From: Leifsonia xyli
GTDB lineage: Bacteria > Actinomycetota > Actinomycetes > Actinomycetales > Microbacteriaceae
Length of the DNA: 64,000 bases
NCBI GenBank assembly: GCA_003243275.1
Contig: QFQR01000008.1
Location: forward strand, 11,618 to 75,617
Direction: 5' to 3'
The notes beneath the pieces were generated by a model. That model had not been told where the DNA came from, ran no database searches, and saw only the letters and a program-made list of their open reading frames with translations. The stretch's first letter is position 1; every line of letters starts with the position of its first letter. Shown in pieces: positions 52,371 through 62,700 of the stretch. The translations under genes and the position numbers were made by a program.

Positions 52371-54053
52371 CTACCGGCGCCGCCAGGTGAGCAGCACGTG
52401 CAACAGGGGGATGACGGATGCCGCCATCAGCACCCAGCCGAGCACGGCATCCGAGCGGTGCAGCAGCACACCGGTGAACAGCATCGCCGCGAACACGATC
52501 GCCGAGATGAGGCGGTTGAAGAGCCGCTCGAGCGAGGTGAGGCGCTGCTCGACCCCCGGGGCCCGGATGGCGAGCTGGCCGCGGTCGATGCGGGCGGCCA
52601 GCTCGTCGACTCGGCGCGGCAGCCCGGCGAGGGTGGTGGCGTAGCCGAGGGCGCGCTGGCCGAGCGCCTTCAGGTCGCGACTCGAGCCGGTGAGCACGGC
52701 GCGGGCGAACGGGTCGACGGCGTCCCACATGTTGAAGTCGCGATCGAGCGCGCTCGTGACGCCCGAGATGAGCGAGATCGCGCGGATCAGCAGCAGGAAG
52801 TTCTCGGGCAGCTGGAACGGCAGGGTGCGGATGGTGTCGCCGAACTGCCGCGCGAACGCCTCCAGCTCGCGCGGGTCGACGTCGCGCAGCTCGGCCACCC
52901 CCATGCCGCCGAAACGGTCGAAGGAGACCGACATCGCGCGCTCGAGCTCCTCGGTGTCGGCGCCGGGCAGCAGCACGCCGACCCGCTCCAGCGCAGCCAC
53001 CAGCGCGCGACCGTCGCGGGCGACGACGGCGAGGATGAACTCGCGCAGGCCAGCGCGCAGGGCATCCGGGATCTCGCCCATCATCCCGAAGTCGACGAAG
53101 GTGAGCCGCCAATCCTGCCCCGTGCCGGGCGCGCCGGGGGTGACGAAGATGTTGCCCGGATGCGGGTCGGCGTGGAAGAAGCCGGCGACGAAGATCTGCT
53201 GGAAGGTCGCCCGCGCGAGCTGCTGGGCCACCTCGGCGGGGTCGATGCCCGCGGCACCGAGCGCGGCGATGTCGGTGATCTTGATGGCCGTGACGTCCGA
53301 CAGCGTCAACACCCGCAGCGTGGTGCGCTCCCAGAGGATCACGGGAACCGAGACGCGCGCGTCGGCGGCGAAGTCGGCCGCGAACCGCTCGGCGTTCGCT
53401 GCCTCGTGCAGGTAGTCGATCTCGGCGAGGCTCGTGGTGGCGAACTCCTCGACGAGCGCCGGGGCGTCCACCCGCGTCGACACGAGACGGATGCGCGAGA
53501 GCCAGCGCCCCACCCGGCGCAGCGCCGCCAGGTCGACCGCCACGACCTCCTCGATGCCGGGCCGCTGCACCTTCACCACGACCTCCGCGAAGCCGGCATC
53601 CGCGGCGAGCCCGGGGCTGAGGGTGGCCCGGTGGGCCTGGCCGAGGGATGCGGCGGCGATCGGCACCGGGTCGAAGCTCGCGTAGGCGGTCTCCAGCGGG
53701 ATGCCGAGTTCGGCCTCCGCGTGAGCGCGGATGCTCTCGAACGACTCCGCCGCGACCTCGTCTTGCAGGCCCTCGAGCTCGCGGGTGATCTCGGGCGGCA
53801 GCACGTCGAGCCGCGACGACAGGAACTGCCCCACCTTGATCATGAGCCCGCCGAGCTCGATCGCGAGTCCGTGGAAGCGACGGGCCAGCTTCTGCAGGCG
53901 CGCGGCCTGCCCGCGAGCGGCGAAGCGCCGCAGCCCGATGCGCGGCAGGAACAGCTCGAACCACCAGGCCTGCACGAGGGCGCGCGCGGCGAAGCGCATG
54001 ATGCGCCGGTAGCGTCGGCGCAGCGCCTGGGTGCCGCCGCCCGGCTGGGGCAT
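52371..54053 (-). CDS. ABC1/UbiB (AarF) atypical kinase family protein
   Basis: LGGLMIKVGQFLSSRLDVLPPE, AAASLGQAH, VVKVQRPG and HADPHPGNIFV are hallmark ABC1 motifs. There is a C-terminal TM segment. Confidence 0.9.
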   Translation of the reverse strand: MPQPGGGTQALRRRYRRIMRFAARALVQAWWFELFLPRIGLRRFAARGQAARLQKLARRFHGLAIELGGLMIKVGQFLSSRLDVLPPEITRELEGLQDEVAAESFESIRAHAEAELGIPLETAYASFDPVPIAAASLGQAHRATLSPGLAADAGFAEVVVKVQRPGIEEVVAVDLAALRRVGRWLSRIRLVSTRVDAPALVEEFATTSLAEIDYLHEAANAERFAADFAADARVSVPVILWERTTLRVLTLSDVTAIKITDIAALGAAGIDPAEVAQQLARATFQQIFVAGFFHADPHPGNIFVTPGAPGTGQDWRLTFVDFGMMGEIPDALRAGLREFILAVVARDGRALVAALERVGVLLPGADTEELERAMSVSFDRFGGMGVAELRDVDPRELEAFARQFGDTIRTLPFQLPENFLLLIRAISLISGVTSALDRDFNMWDAVDPFARAVLTGSSRDLKALGQRALGYATTLAGLPRRVDELAARIDRGQLAIRAPGVEQRLTSLERLFNRLISAIVFAAMLFTGVLLHRSDAVLGWVLMAASVIPLLHVLLTWRRR

Positions 54054-54057
54054 CCGG

Positions 54058-54579
54058 TCAGTCCTCGGCGAGGAGGGCGTAGAGCTTCTTGCGTGCCTCG
54101 TCGACGATCGCGACGGCGCGCTCGTTCTGCTCGGGGGTGCCGTGCTGGGCCACCTGGGATGCGGCCTGCGCGAGCTTCACGCCCGCCTTCGGCAGCGCGA
54201 GGTTGCGTTCGGCGCGGGCGCGGGCACCCTCGGCCTCGGGGGTCGCGGCGGCGGCCTCGGCCACCTCGCGGCCGCTGTCGGTGAGCGCGAACACCTTGCG
54301 TTCGCCGTCCTGCGTGCCGGCGACCAGCTTCTCGTCCTCCAGCAGTTGGAGGGTCGGGTACACCTCCCCCGCGGTCGGCGTCCAGCTGCCGCCGGTGCGC
54401 TCCTCGATCGCCCGGATCACCTGGTAGCCGTTGAGCGGACCGGCGAGCAGTGCTCCCAGCACGGCCTCCCGGATGTCACCGGCTCCCCCGCGGCGCATCA
54501 CCCCCGCGGCGAGCGTCTCGCGGATGCCGTCGACGGCCTCCCAGAAGTCGAACCCGTTGTTGGTAGCTGATGCGCGCAT
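54058..54579 (-). CDS. PadR family transcriptional regulator (with C-terminal dimerisation helix)
   Basis: LGALLAGPLNGYQVIRAIEERTGGSWTPTAGEVYPTLQLLEDEKLV...KVFALTDSG. Confidence 0.8.
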   Translation of the reverse strand: MRASATNNGFDFWEAVDGIRETLAAGVMRRGGAGDIREAVLGALLAGPLNGYQVIRAIEERTGGSWTPTAGEVYPTLQLLEDEKLVAGTQDGERKVFALTDSGREVAEAAAATPEAEGARARAERNLALPKAGVKLAQAASQVAQHGTPEQNERAVAIVDEARKKLYALLAED

Positions 54580-54646
54580 GTCGGAGTCCTCTCGGCGATC
54601 AGGTCACCCTACGCCTGCGAGGTGAACCCTCCCCGGGACGAAGGGC

Positions 54647-55747
54647 CTACGGGGCGCCCTCCTCAGGCACTCGCACCAGCTCCGCGACGCCGATCGAGGA
54701 GTCCGCCATCCCGTAGAAGACGAACCGGCGCCCGCCGAACTCCTCGATCGCGGTCGGGAAGACCACGTTCGCGAGGGTTCCGGAGGTCTCCTCGGCGGTC
54801 TCGGGGGTCAGCAGCGGCTCGGTGGTGCGGGCGAGCACGCGGCGCGGGTCGGCCGCATCCAGCAGCATCGCGCCGGCCGCGTAGACGGAGCCGTGGGCGA
54901 GCTCGAATCCCTTCGGCATCGCGCCCGACACCCCGTGGTGCACGACGAGCCAGCCCTCCGGAACCCGCAACGGCGACGGTCCGGCACCGATCTTGGCCGC
55001 CTCGTAGCCCTCCCCCGCCGCCGCGAGTAGCTCCGAGCGCTCCACGTAGCAGAGCGCGCGGAGGTCGCGGGTGGCCGCCTCCAGGTCGACGTAGCCGATC
55101 CAGATCGCGGGACGCTCATCGTCGACCCCGGCAGGCGTCGGGGATCCCTCGCCGGGGCGGAGCCAGTCGAGGTCCCACATCGGACGGTGCAGGAGCGCCA
55201 GCGTCGGGCGCCCGTCGGGACCCGGCACGGCCTCAGGGAAGAACACGATGTCCTTGTTGGGGAACAGGTTCAGGTCGGTGTCGAGCTCGGGCTGATAGGC
55301 GAAGCGGATGGGGCCGAGCCGCTCCCAGGTGACCGTGTCGCGCGACACCGCGAGCGCCGGCTTCGGGCCGAGCGGGCCGTACGCCACGTAGCTCATCACG
55401 TGGATGCCGAGCGGTTCGAGGAAGGTGATGCGGGGATCCTCGACGCCCGCGTTCTGGCGCCCGCGCTCCCAGCCCTCGTCGGGGGAGAGCACCACGCCGA
55501 GCCGTTCCACGCCCACCGGCTCGCCGTCCGCGAACTCGACCCGCGCCCGCGCGATCCGCGAGACGTTCCCCGCCGCGACGATCCGCGGGTACAGGTACAG
55601 CTCGCCGTCCGGCCCCCACGCGGTGCCCGGGTTCAGCACCCCCTCCGCCTCGTTCGGGTCGGCGGGGTCGGCCGACATCAGCACCCCGAGCCTGCGCAGC
55701 GCGTACGGGACGGTGGTCGCGACGACCGGATTGATGGACTGGTTCAT
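54647..55747 (-). CDS. glycoside hydrolase family 130 protein (beta-mannoside phosphorylase-like)
   Basis: GH130/DUF377 blocks by eye: GVLNPG, GVEDPRITF, GAGPSPLRVPEGWLVVHHGV, YAAGAMLLDAADPRRVL and NVVFPTA...FYGMADSSIGVA. Confidence 0.8.
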   Translation of the reverse strand: MNQSINPVVATTVPYALRRLGVLMSADPADPNEAEGVLNPGTAWGPDGELYLYPRIVAAGNVSRIARARVEFADGEPVGVERLGVVLSPDEGWERGRQNAGVEDPRITFLEPLGIHVMSYVAYGPLGPKPALAVSRDTVTWERLGPIRFAYQPELDTDLNLFPNKDIVFFPEAVPGPDGRPTLALLHRPMWDLDWLRPGEGSPTPAGVDDERPAIWIGYVDLEAATRDLRALCYVERSELLAAAGEGYEAAKIGAGPSPLRVPEGWLVVHHGVSGAMPKGFELAHGSVYAAGAMLLDAADPRRVLARTTEPLLTPETAEETSGTLANVVFPTAIEEFGGRRFVFYGMADSSIGVAELVRVPEEGAP

Positions 55748-55795
55748 TACCTTGCCTTGAGATCGAGGGGAGAGTGGTTCGAGCCGGGCGACGCG

Positions 55796-56674
55796 TCAGC
55801 CCTTGACGGCCGAGCCGAGGTTCGCCGAGGTGAAGTGACGCTGGAACACCAGGAACAGCACCACCACCGGCACCGCCAGCACGCACGCGCCCGCCAGCAC
55901 CGCCCCCATGGGGTTGTCGACGAAGTTGCCGTTGGACTGGGAGAAGTTCGCGAGGCTCACGGCGAGCGGCTGCATCGCGGCGGTCTTGGTCACGAGGAAC
56001 GGCCACAGGAACTCGTTCCACGGGCCGATGAAGGTCACCAGCATCGCGGTCAGGATGGCGGGGCGCACGAGCGGCACCGCGACGGTGCGCAGGATGCGCA
56101 GCTCGCTGGCGCCGTCGATCCGCGCCGCGTCGAAGATCTCCTTCGGGATCTGCAGGAAGTACTGCCGGAAGATCAGCACCGCCACCGAGTTGATCGCGAA
56201 CGGCAGGATCATGCCGAGGTAGTTGTCGGCCAGGTTCAGGTAGCGCACCACCATGACGTACAGCGGGATCATCAGCAGCTGGAACGGGATCGCCTGCACG
56301 AGCAGCACGAGGGCGAAGACGAGCCCACGCCCACGGAAGGAGAGCACGGCGAGGGCGTATCCCACCAGCAGGCCGAAGACGAGGGTGCAGCCGACGACGC
56401 CCGCGGTCATGATGAGCGAGTTCAGCAACGACTGCGCCAGGTTGATCGAGTCGTTGATCTCGGCGAAGTTGTTGAGGGTGAGGTTGCCGGGAAGCGGCAG
56501 CAGACCGAGGAGCGAGGTGTCGCGCTTGGTCTGCAGGGCGCCGATGATCATGTAGTAGAACGGCACGAGCGCCGCGATCGCCCCGATCGCCAGCAGCACG
56601 AACTGCAGGGCGCGCAGCAGGCGCGAGGGGCGGCGACGGATGCCATCCCGGGCGGGCGCGATCGTCTCGGTCAC
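55796..56674 (-). CDS. carbohydrate ABC transporter permease
   Basis: EAA loop FDAARIDGASELRILRTVAVP. The GTG start overlaps the upstream permease stop (GTGA). Confidence 0.9.
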   Translation of the reverse strand: MTETIAPARDGIRRRPSRLLRALQFVLLAIGAIAALVPFYYMIIGALQTKRDTSLLGLLPLPGNLTLNNFAEINDSINLAQSLLNSLIMTAGVVGCTLVFGLLVGYALAVLSFRGRGLVFALVLLVQAIPFQLLMIPLYVMVVRYLNLADNYLGMILPFAINSVAVLIFRQYFLQIPKEIFDAARIDGASELRILRTVAVPLVRPAILTAMLVTFIGPWNEFLWPFLVTKTAAMQPLAVSLANFSQSNGNFVDNPMGAVLAGACVLAVPVVVLFLVFQRHFTSANLGSAVKG

Positions 56675-57621
56675 GAGTTCTTCCCTTCGGTGACGCGCCG
56701 GGCCACGAGCGACACGGTCATGACGGCGAGCACGAGGATCATGCCGATCGCGGCCGCGATGTCGGGCTGGCCCTGCTGGATGCCCTTCTGGTACATGAGC
56801 AGCGCGGGCGTCATCGATGCGCCGTTCGGGCCGCCGCCGGTGAGCAGGTACGGCTCGGTGAAGATCTGCCCGGTCGTGATGATCGACAGCAGCACGACGA
56901 GCGAGGTGACGGGGCGCACGGCGGGGAGCGTGACCGAGCGGAACCGGTCCCAGCGCCCCGCGCCGTCGAGCTGCGCGGCCTCGTGCAGCTCCTTGGGCAC
57001 GTTCTGCAGCGCCGCCAGGTAGAGCAGGATGTAGAACCCGAGGTTCTTCCAGGTCACGTAGACGGCGATGAGCGGCATGATGAGCGCCGGGTTCGCGAGC
57101 CACGACGGGTCGGGCGCGAGTTGGCCGAGGAGCGAGTTCACGACGCCGTTGCCGCTGAACAGGAAGATCCAGACGGAGATCGTCGCGACCGAGGCGGTCA
57201 CGTAGGGGATGTAGTACGAGACCCGGAAGAACACCTTCCACCGCACGACGGCGTCGAGCCCGGATGCGAGCAGCAGACCCAGCACCACGGTGAGCGGCAC
57301 GTTGATGACGAGGAAGATCAGCAGATTGAGGAAGGCCTGGTGCACGACGGGATCGCCGAGCACCTCCTGGAAGTTCTCGAGGCCGACGAACGGACGCGGC
57401 ACCTCGACGCCGGGCGCGGTGAAGTAGAAGTCGTGGAACGCCATCCAGACGCCGAAGCCGAACGGGATGAGGAAGACCACGACCACGAAGGCGATGTAGG
57501 GGCTGCTGAGCAGGAGCCCGAGCGGGTTCTCGCCGAGGAAGCGCTGGACGGTCCGGCCCACGGGGCGTCGGCGGAGGGCCACCGCGCCGCCCGCGTCCTG
57601 CCGCTGTGTCTCACGCTTCAT
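56671..57621 (-). CDS. carbohydrate ABC transporter permease
   Basis: EAA loop HEAAQLDGAGRWDRFRSVTLP. Start is ATG 57621 (MKRETQRQD...). Confidence 0.9.
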   Translation of the reverse strand: MKRETQRQDAGGAVALRRRPVGRTVQRFLGENPLGLLLSSPYIAFVVVVFLIPFGFGVWMAFHDFYFTAPGVEVPRPFVGLENFQEVLGDPVVHQAFLNLLIFLVINVPLTVVLGLLLASGLDAVVRWKVFFRVSYYIPYVTASVATISVWIFLFSGNGVVNSLLGQLAPDPSWLANPALIMPLIAVYVTWKNLGFYILLYLAALQNVPKELHEAAQLDGAGRWDRFRSVTLPAVRPVTSLVVLLSIITTGQIFTEPYLLTGGGPNGASMTPALLMYQKGIQQGQPDIAAAIGMILVLAVMTVSLVARRVTEGKNS

Positions 57622-57664
57622 CGCGCCCCATCTTTCGCCGAGAGCCGTTGTGGCTCCGACTAGT

Positions 57665-57674
57665 AAACCGGTTT
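57665..57674. promoter_or_regulatory. candidate LacI-family operator core AAACCGGTTT
   Basis: A perfect 10-bp palindrome lies 44 bp upstream of the permease operon start, in the intergenic region shared with the divergent LacI gene. It fits the TG-AAACCGGTTT-CA style of LacI/GalR operators. Confidence 0.4.
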
Positions 57675-57789
57675 TGATCAGAGACGTCAAACGCCCCAGG
57701 AGGCTCACGGCCCATGCCCCGCAAATGATGGCGAAGAGCGTGCAAAACCGCACTACTAAAGCGGCGCTAAACACCGCTATGCTCGTCCC

Positions 57790-58893
57790 GTGACCAGCGA
57801 ACCACCGATCGCGGAGCCCGCCGACGCGCCCCGCGCATCCGGGCGCCGCGCGGAGCAGCGCGAGCGCAAGGCGACGATCGGCGACGTCGCCGCGCGAGCC
57901 CACGTCTCCAAGAGCGCCGTCTCCTTCGTGTTCAACGGCCGCGGCGGCGTCGGCCCGGAAGCGCGCGAGCGGATCCTGCGGGCTGCCGAGGAGCTCGACT
58001 GGCGCCCCGACGCCCGCGCCCGCGCCCTCTCGCGCAGCCGCGCGCAGGCGCTCGGCCTCGTCATCCGCCGGGAACCCGAGCTGCTCAGCACCGACCCGTT
58101 CTTCCCGCAGTTCGTCGGCGGCGTCGAGAGCGGCCTTGCGAAGGTCGAGTACGCACTCGTGCTGCAGGTGGTCGACGGCGAGCAGAGCGAGACCGACGCC
58201 TACGTGCGCTTCGCCCACGAGTCGCGCGTCGACGGCGTCTTCCTGACCGATCTGCGCACCCACGACGAACGGGCGGCCGAACTCGCCGCGCTGGGGCTGC
58301 CGTGCGTGCTCGTGGGTCCGGCCGCCTCCCCCTCGGGCGAGCTCCGTCCGATCGGACTCGACGACGCGGCCGGCATCCGGCGGGCCGTGCGGCACCTCTA
58401 CGCCCTCGGGCATCGCCGCATCGCGCACGTCGCGGGAGCCGCGCGCTACATCCACTCCGACGTGCGCCGGGAGGCCTGGGCCGACGAGCTCGAACAGCTC
58501 GGACTCGAACCCGGTGCGCTCGTCGAGGCCGACTTCACCGGCGCCGCGGGCGCGCGGGCGACGCACGAGCTGCTCGACCTCGCGCGGCCGCCGAGCGCCA
58601 TCATCTACGCGAACGACCTCATGGCCATCGCCGGGATGTCGGCGGCGACCGACCGCGGCATCCGCGTGCCCCACGACCTGTCGATCGTCGGCTTCGACGA
58701 CATCCCGCTGGCGCCCTACATCGTGCCGCCGCTCACGACCGTGCGACAAGATGTCTTCGAGTGGGGCCGCGCCTGCGCCCGCACCCTGGTCGCCATCGTC
58801 GAGGGACGCGAGCCCGAGCCCGTGGCGCTGCCCCCCGTGGAGTTCATCGTCCGCGGAAGCACCGGACCGGCGCGCGCGTCGTCCGAGGCGTAA
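57790..58893 (+). CDS. LacI family transcriptional regulator
   Basis: HTH is ATIGDVAARAHVSKSAVSFVFNGRGGVGPEARERILRAAEELDWRPDARARAL, followed by a periplasmic-binding-protein-like core. GTG start. Confidence 0.85.
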   Translation: MTSEPPIAEPADAPRASGRRAEQRERKATIGDVAARAHVSKSAVSFVFNGRGGVGPEARERILRAAEELDWRPDARARALSRSRAQALGLVIRREPELLSTDPFFPQFVGGVESGLAKVEYALVLQVVDGEQSETDAYVRFAHESRVDGVFLTDLRTHDERAAELAALGLPCVLVGPAASPSGELRPIGLDDAAGIRRAVRHLYALGHRRIAHVAGAARYIHSDVRREAWADELEQLGLEPGALVEADFTGAAGARATHELLDLARPPSAIIYANDLMAIAGMSAATDRGIRVPHDLSIVGFDDIPLAPYIVPPLTTVRQDVFEWGRACARTLVAIVEGREPEPVALPPVEFIVRGSTGPARASSEA

Positions 58894-58921
58894 TCCGAAC
58901 ACCCGCACCGAGGAGTCCCCC

Positions 58922-59695
58922 GTGTCCACCCCCCGCCTCGTCGCCTTCGACCTCGACGACACCCTCGCCCCGTCGAAGAGCCCCATCGACCCGCGCGTCG
59001 CCGAACTGCTCACCGAGCTCGCGGCGCGGGTGGAGGTCGCGGTCATCTCCGGCGGGCAGCTCGCGCAGTTCACGATGCAGCTCGTCGACCGCCTCCCCGA
59101 GCTGGACGCCGACATCCTGGCGCGTTTCCACCTCATGCCGACGTGCGGCACGCAGTACTACCGCCTCACCCCCGGCGGGGTGGAGACCGTCTACGCCCGC
59201 TCGCTCAGCGCGACGCAGAAGGCGGATGCGATGACGGCCCTGCGGGAGGAGGCGGTGCGCCTCGGACTGTGGGAGGGCGACCGCGGCTGGGGCGAGATCA
59301 TCGAGGATCGCGGATCCCAGATCACCTTCTCCGCGCTCGGGCAGCAGGCGCCGATCGACGCCAAGGCCGCCTGGGATCCGAGCGGAGCCAAGAAGAACGC
59401 GCTGCGGGCCGCGGTCGCCGAGCGGCTGCCGGAGCTGGAGGTGCGCTCGGGCGGCTCGACCTCCATCGACATCACCGAGCACGGCATCGACAAGGCCTAC
59501 GGGATGCGGCAGCTCGCCGAGCAGACCGGCATCCCGCTCGAGGACATGCTGTTCGTGGGCGACCGGCTCGACGAGGACGGCAACGACTACCCGGTGCTCG
59601 CGATGGGGGTCGCCTGCCAGGCGGTCGACGGCTGGGAGCACACCGCGGCCTGGCTCGCGGAGTTCATCCCCACGCTCCCGCCCCGCGGCAACTGA
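58922..59695 (+). CDS. HAD-IIB hydrolase resembling eukaryotic-type phosphomannomutase
   Basis: LVAFDLDDTLAPSKSPIDPRVAELLTELAARVEVAVISGGQ parallels the PMM pattern FDVDGTLT.R..ID.....FL..LR..V.IG.VGGSD. There is a C-terminal GDRLDEDGNDY. GTG 58922 follows GAGGAG. Confidence 0.7.
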   Translation: MSTPRLVAFDLDDTLAPSKSPIDPRVAELLTELAARVEVAVISGGQLAQFTMQLVDRLPELDADILARFHLMPTCGTQYYRLTPGGVETVYARSLSATQKADAMTALREEAVRLGLWEGDRGWGEIIEDRGSQITFSALGQQAPIDAKAAWDPSGAKKNALRAAVAERLPELEVRSGGSTSIDITEHGIDKAYGMRQLAEQTGIPLEDMLFVGDRLDEDGNDYPVLAMGVACQAVDGWEHTAAWLAEFIPTLPPRGN

Positions 59696-59698
59696 CGA

Positions 59699-59738
59699 GG
59701 AAGGGACCCCGGTGGCTTCGGCCCCCGGGGTCCCTTCC
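59699..59738. terminator. bidirectional terminator hairpin between convergent genes
   Basis: GGAAGGGACCCCGG (59699-59712) pairs with CCGGGGTCCCTTCC (59725-59738), a 14-bp perfect stem with a 12-nt loop. Confidence 0.55.
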
Positions 59739-59763
59739 TGTGTCGCGGTAGCGGACTACCGCC

Positions 59764-62700
59764 TCAGTGCTGCGAGCGTCGACGGCGAACCGTCACGAGC
59801 ACGATGCCCGCAGCGAGCAGCAGCGCTGCGGCTGCTCCCCCCATCCAGATCCCGGCGGCGTCGAGCCCGGTCGAGGCGAGCGGCCTCGTTCCCGGTCCTG
59901 CCGGTCCGGTGCCCGTGCCGCCTCCCCCGTCGACGGCGGCACGGATCGTCACGGCCAGCGTGGCGAGCTGGGTGCCGCCCGCGAGCACCACGAGCGAGTG
60001 CTGGCCCGCGGGCGTGCCGGCGGGGATCGTCGCGGCGAGGCTGAAGGCGCCGCCCGCGCCGACGGTCGTCGTGCCCAGCACGACCGGATCCGAGTGCAAC
60101 TCGACGGTGATCGCGGTCCCCGGCTCGAACGCGGTGCCGGTCACCGTGATCCGCCCACCCGCGACGAGCGCACCGCTCGTCTCGATGGTCGGCGTGCCGG
60201 GCTCCGCGAGTGCGTCGAGCGCCGAGCCGAGCGCCACGGCGGCCGCGTCGATCTGCGCCTGAGTGGAACCGGATGCCGCGAGCGCGGCCTTCGCCGCCTC
60301 GAGCGCGGGGATCAGCGGCGCCCAGCTCGCCGCCGTGTAGCGGGTGCTGTCGAGTGCGTCGGCGCGATCCACGAGTTGCTGCAGCGCCGCCGTGTCGACC
60401 GCGACCGTCACGGGGCAGGCGACGAACTCGTCGCCGTTGCCGTGCGAGATCACGATCGAGGTCCTCCCCGCGGCGCCCGCCGCCAGGTCGAACTCGATCC
60501 GGCCGCTGCCGTCCACGCGCGGGGAGCCCACGACCGCGGCGACCGCAGGGTCGAGCGAGGTCGCGGTGAAGGTGTCGTTCGCGTCGATCGGGCTGATGGT
60601 GGCCTGGACCACCGCGGTGCCGCCCCGCTGCGCGGTGACGGGAGCGACGCATCCGAGGCTGTAGCCGCCGTAGACCTCGAGCTCCCAGATGTTCAGGCCG
60701 TACTTGGTCGCCGGGGCGCCGATCACCCGCAGGTAGCGCAGCTGTGCGGAGGCGAAGTCGACGGTGTCCCGCCGGTGGTTCGCGGTGCCCGTGTTCTGCA
60801 CGCGACGGAGCTCGGTCCAGTTCAGGCCGTCGATGGACCCCTCGACCCGGTAGTCGACGGAGTTGCCCGACTCCCAGTCGATCACGGCCTGCGACACCGA
60901 ACGCACCCGACCCAGATCCACCCGCAGCCAGTTCTCGTTCGTGTACGGCGCCGCCCCGGTGGGCCGGCTCGAGGACCACTTCGTGGTGAGGGATCCGTCG
61001 GTGGCCATCGGAGCCACGATGTTCGTGAGGTTGTTGTAGACGCTGTCGGCGGTGGTCGGCTGACCGAGCGCGAGGTTCACCCGGCCGGAGGCCACCGGGG
61101 CGCGCAGCACGGCATCCGTGTCGAACACCTCGAACTCCCACAGCGAGACCCCGTAGGCCAGCGCCCGCGCCACCGTCTGCATCCGCACGTAGCGGCCGCT
61201 CGCGTTGACGGCCACGAGGTCCATGCCCCCGTCACCCGCGGCGGGCGTCGTATAGGCGTCGCGCCAGCTGGTGCCGTTATCCGAGACCTGGATCTTGTAC
61301 CGGCTCGCGTACGACGCCTCCCACCACAGCCGCACCGCGGAGATCGGCGTGACCGCGCCGAGATCCACCTGCAGCCAGGCCGTGTCGGGGCTGCCGGTGC
61401 GATCCGCGATCCAGCGCGAGTTCAGGTTGCCGTCGGTCGCGCTGTCGGGCGCCGTGCCGTCGGATGCGGTGGTCGGCTTGCCGAGCGCCAGGTTCACGCT
61501 GGAGGAGACGGCGAGCTCGCGCACCGAGTAGGCGCTGGCACCCGCGAGCATCACGACGCGCACGTAGCTCGCCGCGGTCGCCGGGAACTGGACCCGCTCG
61601 TCGCCGCCCGCGCCGTCCTGCACGAGCTTCTGGTCGACCCAGGTGATCCCGTCGACGGAGGTCTGCACCAGGTAGCGCGTCGCGAACTCCGCACCCCAGG
61701 CGATGTCGACGCCGGTCGCGAAGGAACCGGCCGGCAGCTGCGCCCGCAGCCACGGGAGCTCGCCTGCCGACTGCCAGAAGGTGGCGGAGTCGGCGTCGCC
61801 CGCGAGGCTCGGCCCGTGGCCCGCGCTCGAACCGCTCGCGCTGTACGCGGAGCCGTTCGAGTCGTCGGCGACGAGCGCCGCCGTGACGGTCTTGCCGAGG
61901 TTGGCGCCCGATCCGAGCACGAAGGTGCCGCGCTGCGCCGTTCCTGCACCGTTCAGCGTGACGTCGACGAGGAGGCCGGGCTGGCTCGGATTCGAGATGC
62001 TCACGACGGGCGCGGCACCCGACTCGTCGAGCATCACGATCGCCGGGCTGCTCACCGTGAGGGTGCGTCCGTCGCCCAGGTCGAGCGAACCCGCGCGGTA
62101 GAAGGTCGCCATGGTGCGCTTCAGGCCCGCGTGCCGCACCGCCTGCACGGAGGTGTCGTTGCGGAGGGTGGTCACGGCGGGGTTCGCCGCGTAGCTGCGG
62201 GTCTCCTCCGCGCTCGCCGCCGGGAGCACGATGTACTCGTAGCCGGCATCCGTGGGGGCAACCCCGTGGTCGAGGTACAGCGTGAACGCGTCGGCGCTCT
62301 GCGCCTGCTCGCCGTAGTAGCTGCCGGTCTGGGTCTTGTTCGACACCGTGACCGCGCCACGTGTCGGGAAGACGTAGCCGACCTTGTCGTTGTAGGCCCA
62401 TCCCGGGTTCGTCACGAGCTTCGCGTCGGTGCCCGCCGCGACCGCACGACCGTCGACCGAGGCGTTGTCCTTCGCCGCGACCTGGTTGATGGTCGTGTGG
62501 ATCGGCGCCGCGTTCGTGGAGCGGATGCCGGCGCCGAGCGCCACCATCTCGTCGTCGAAGTAGAAGTAGCTCTTCTGCGCCTGCGTCGAGGCGCGGTCGA
62601 GGCTGTGCACGGCGACGCTGTAGCGCCCATCCGAGACCCCGCCCGTGAAGCTGCCGCCGTTGCCGGAGCGGCCCGCGGAGCCGAGGGTGGTCTCCTTCAC

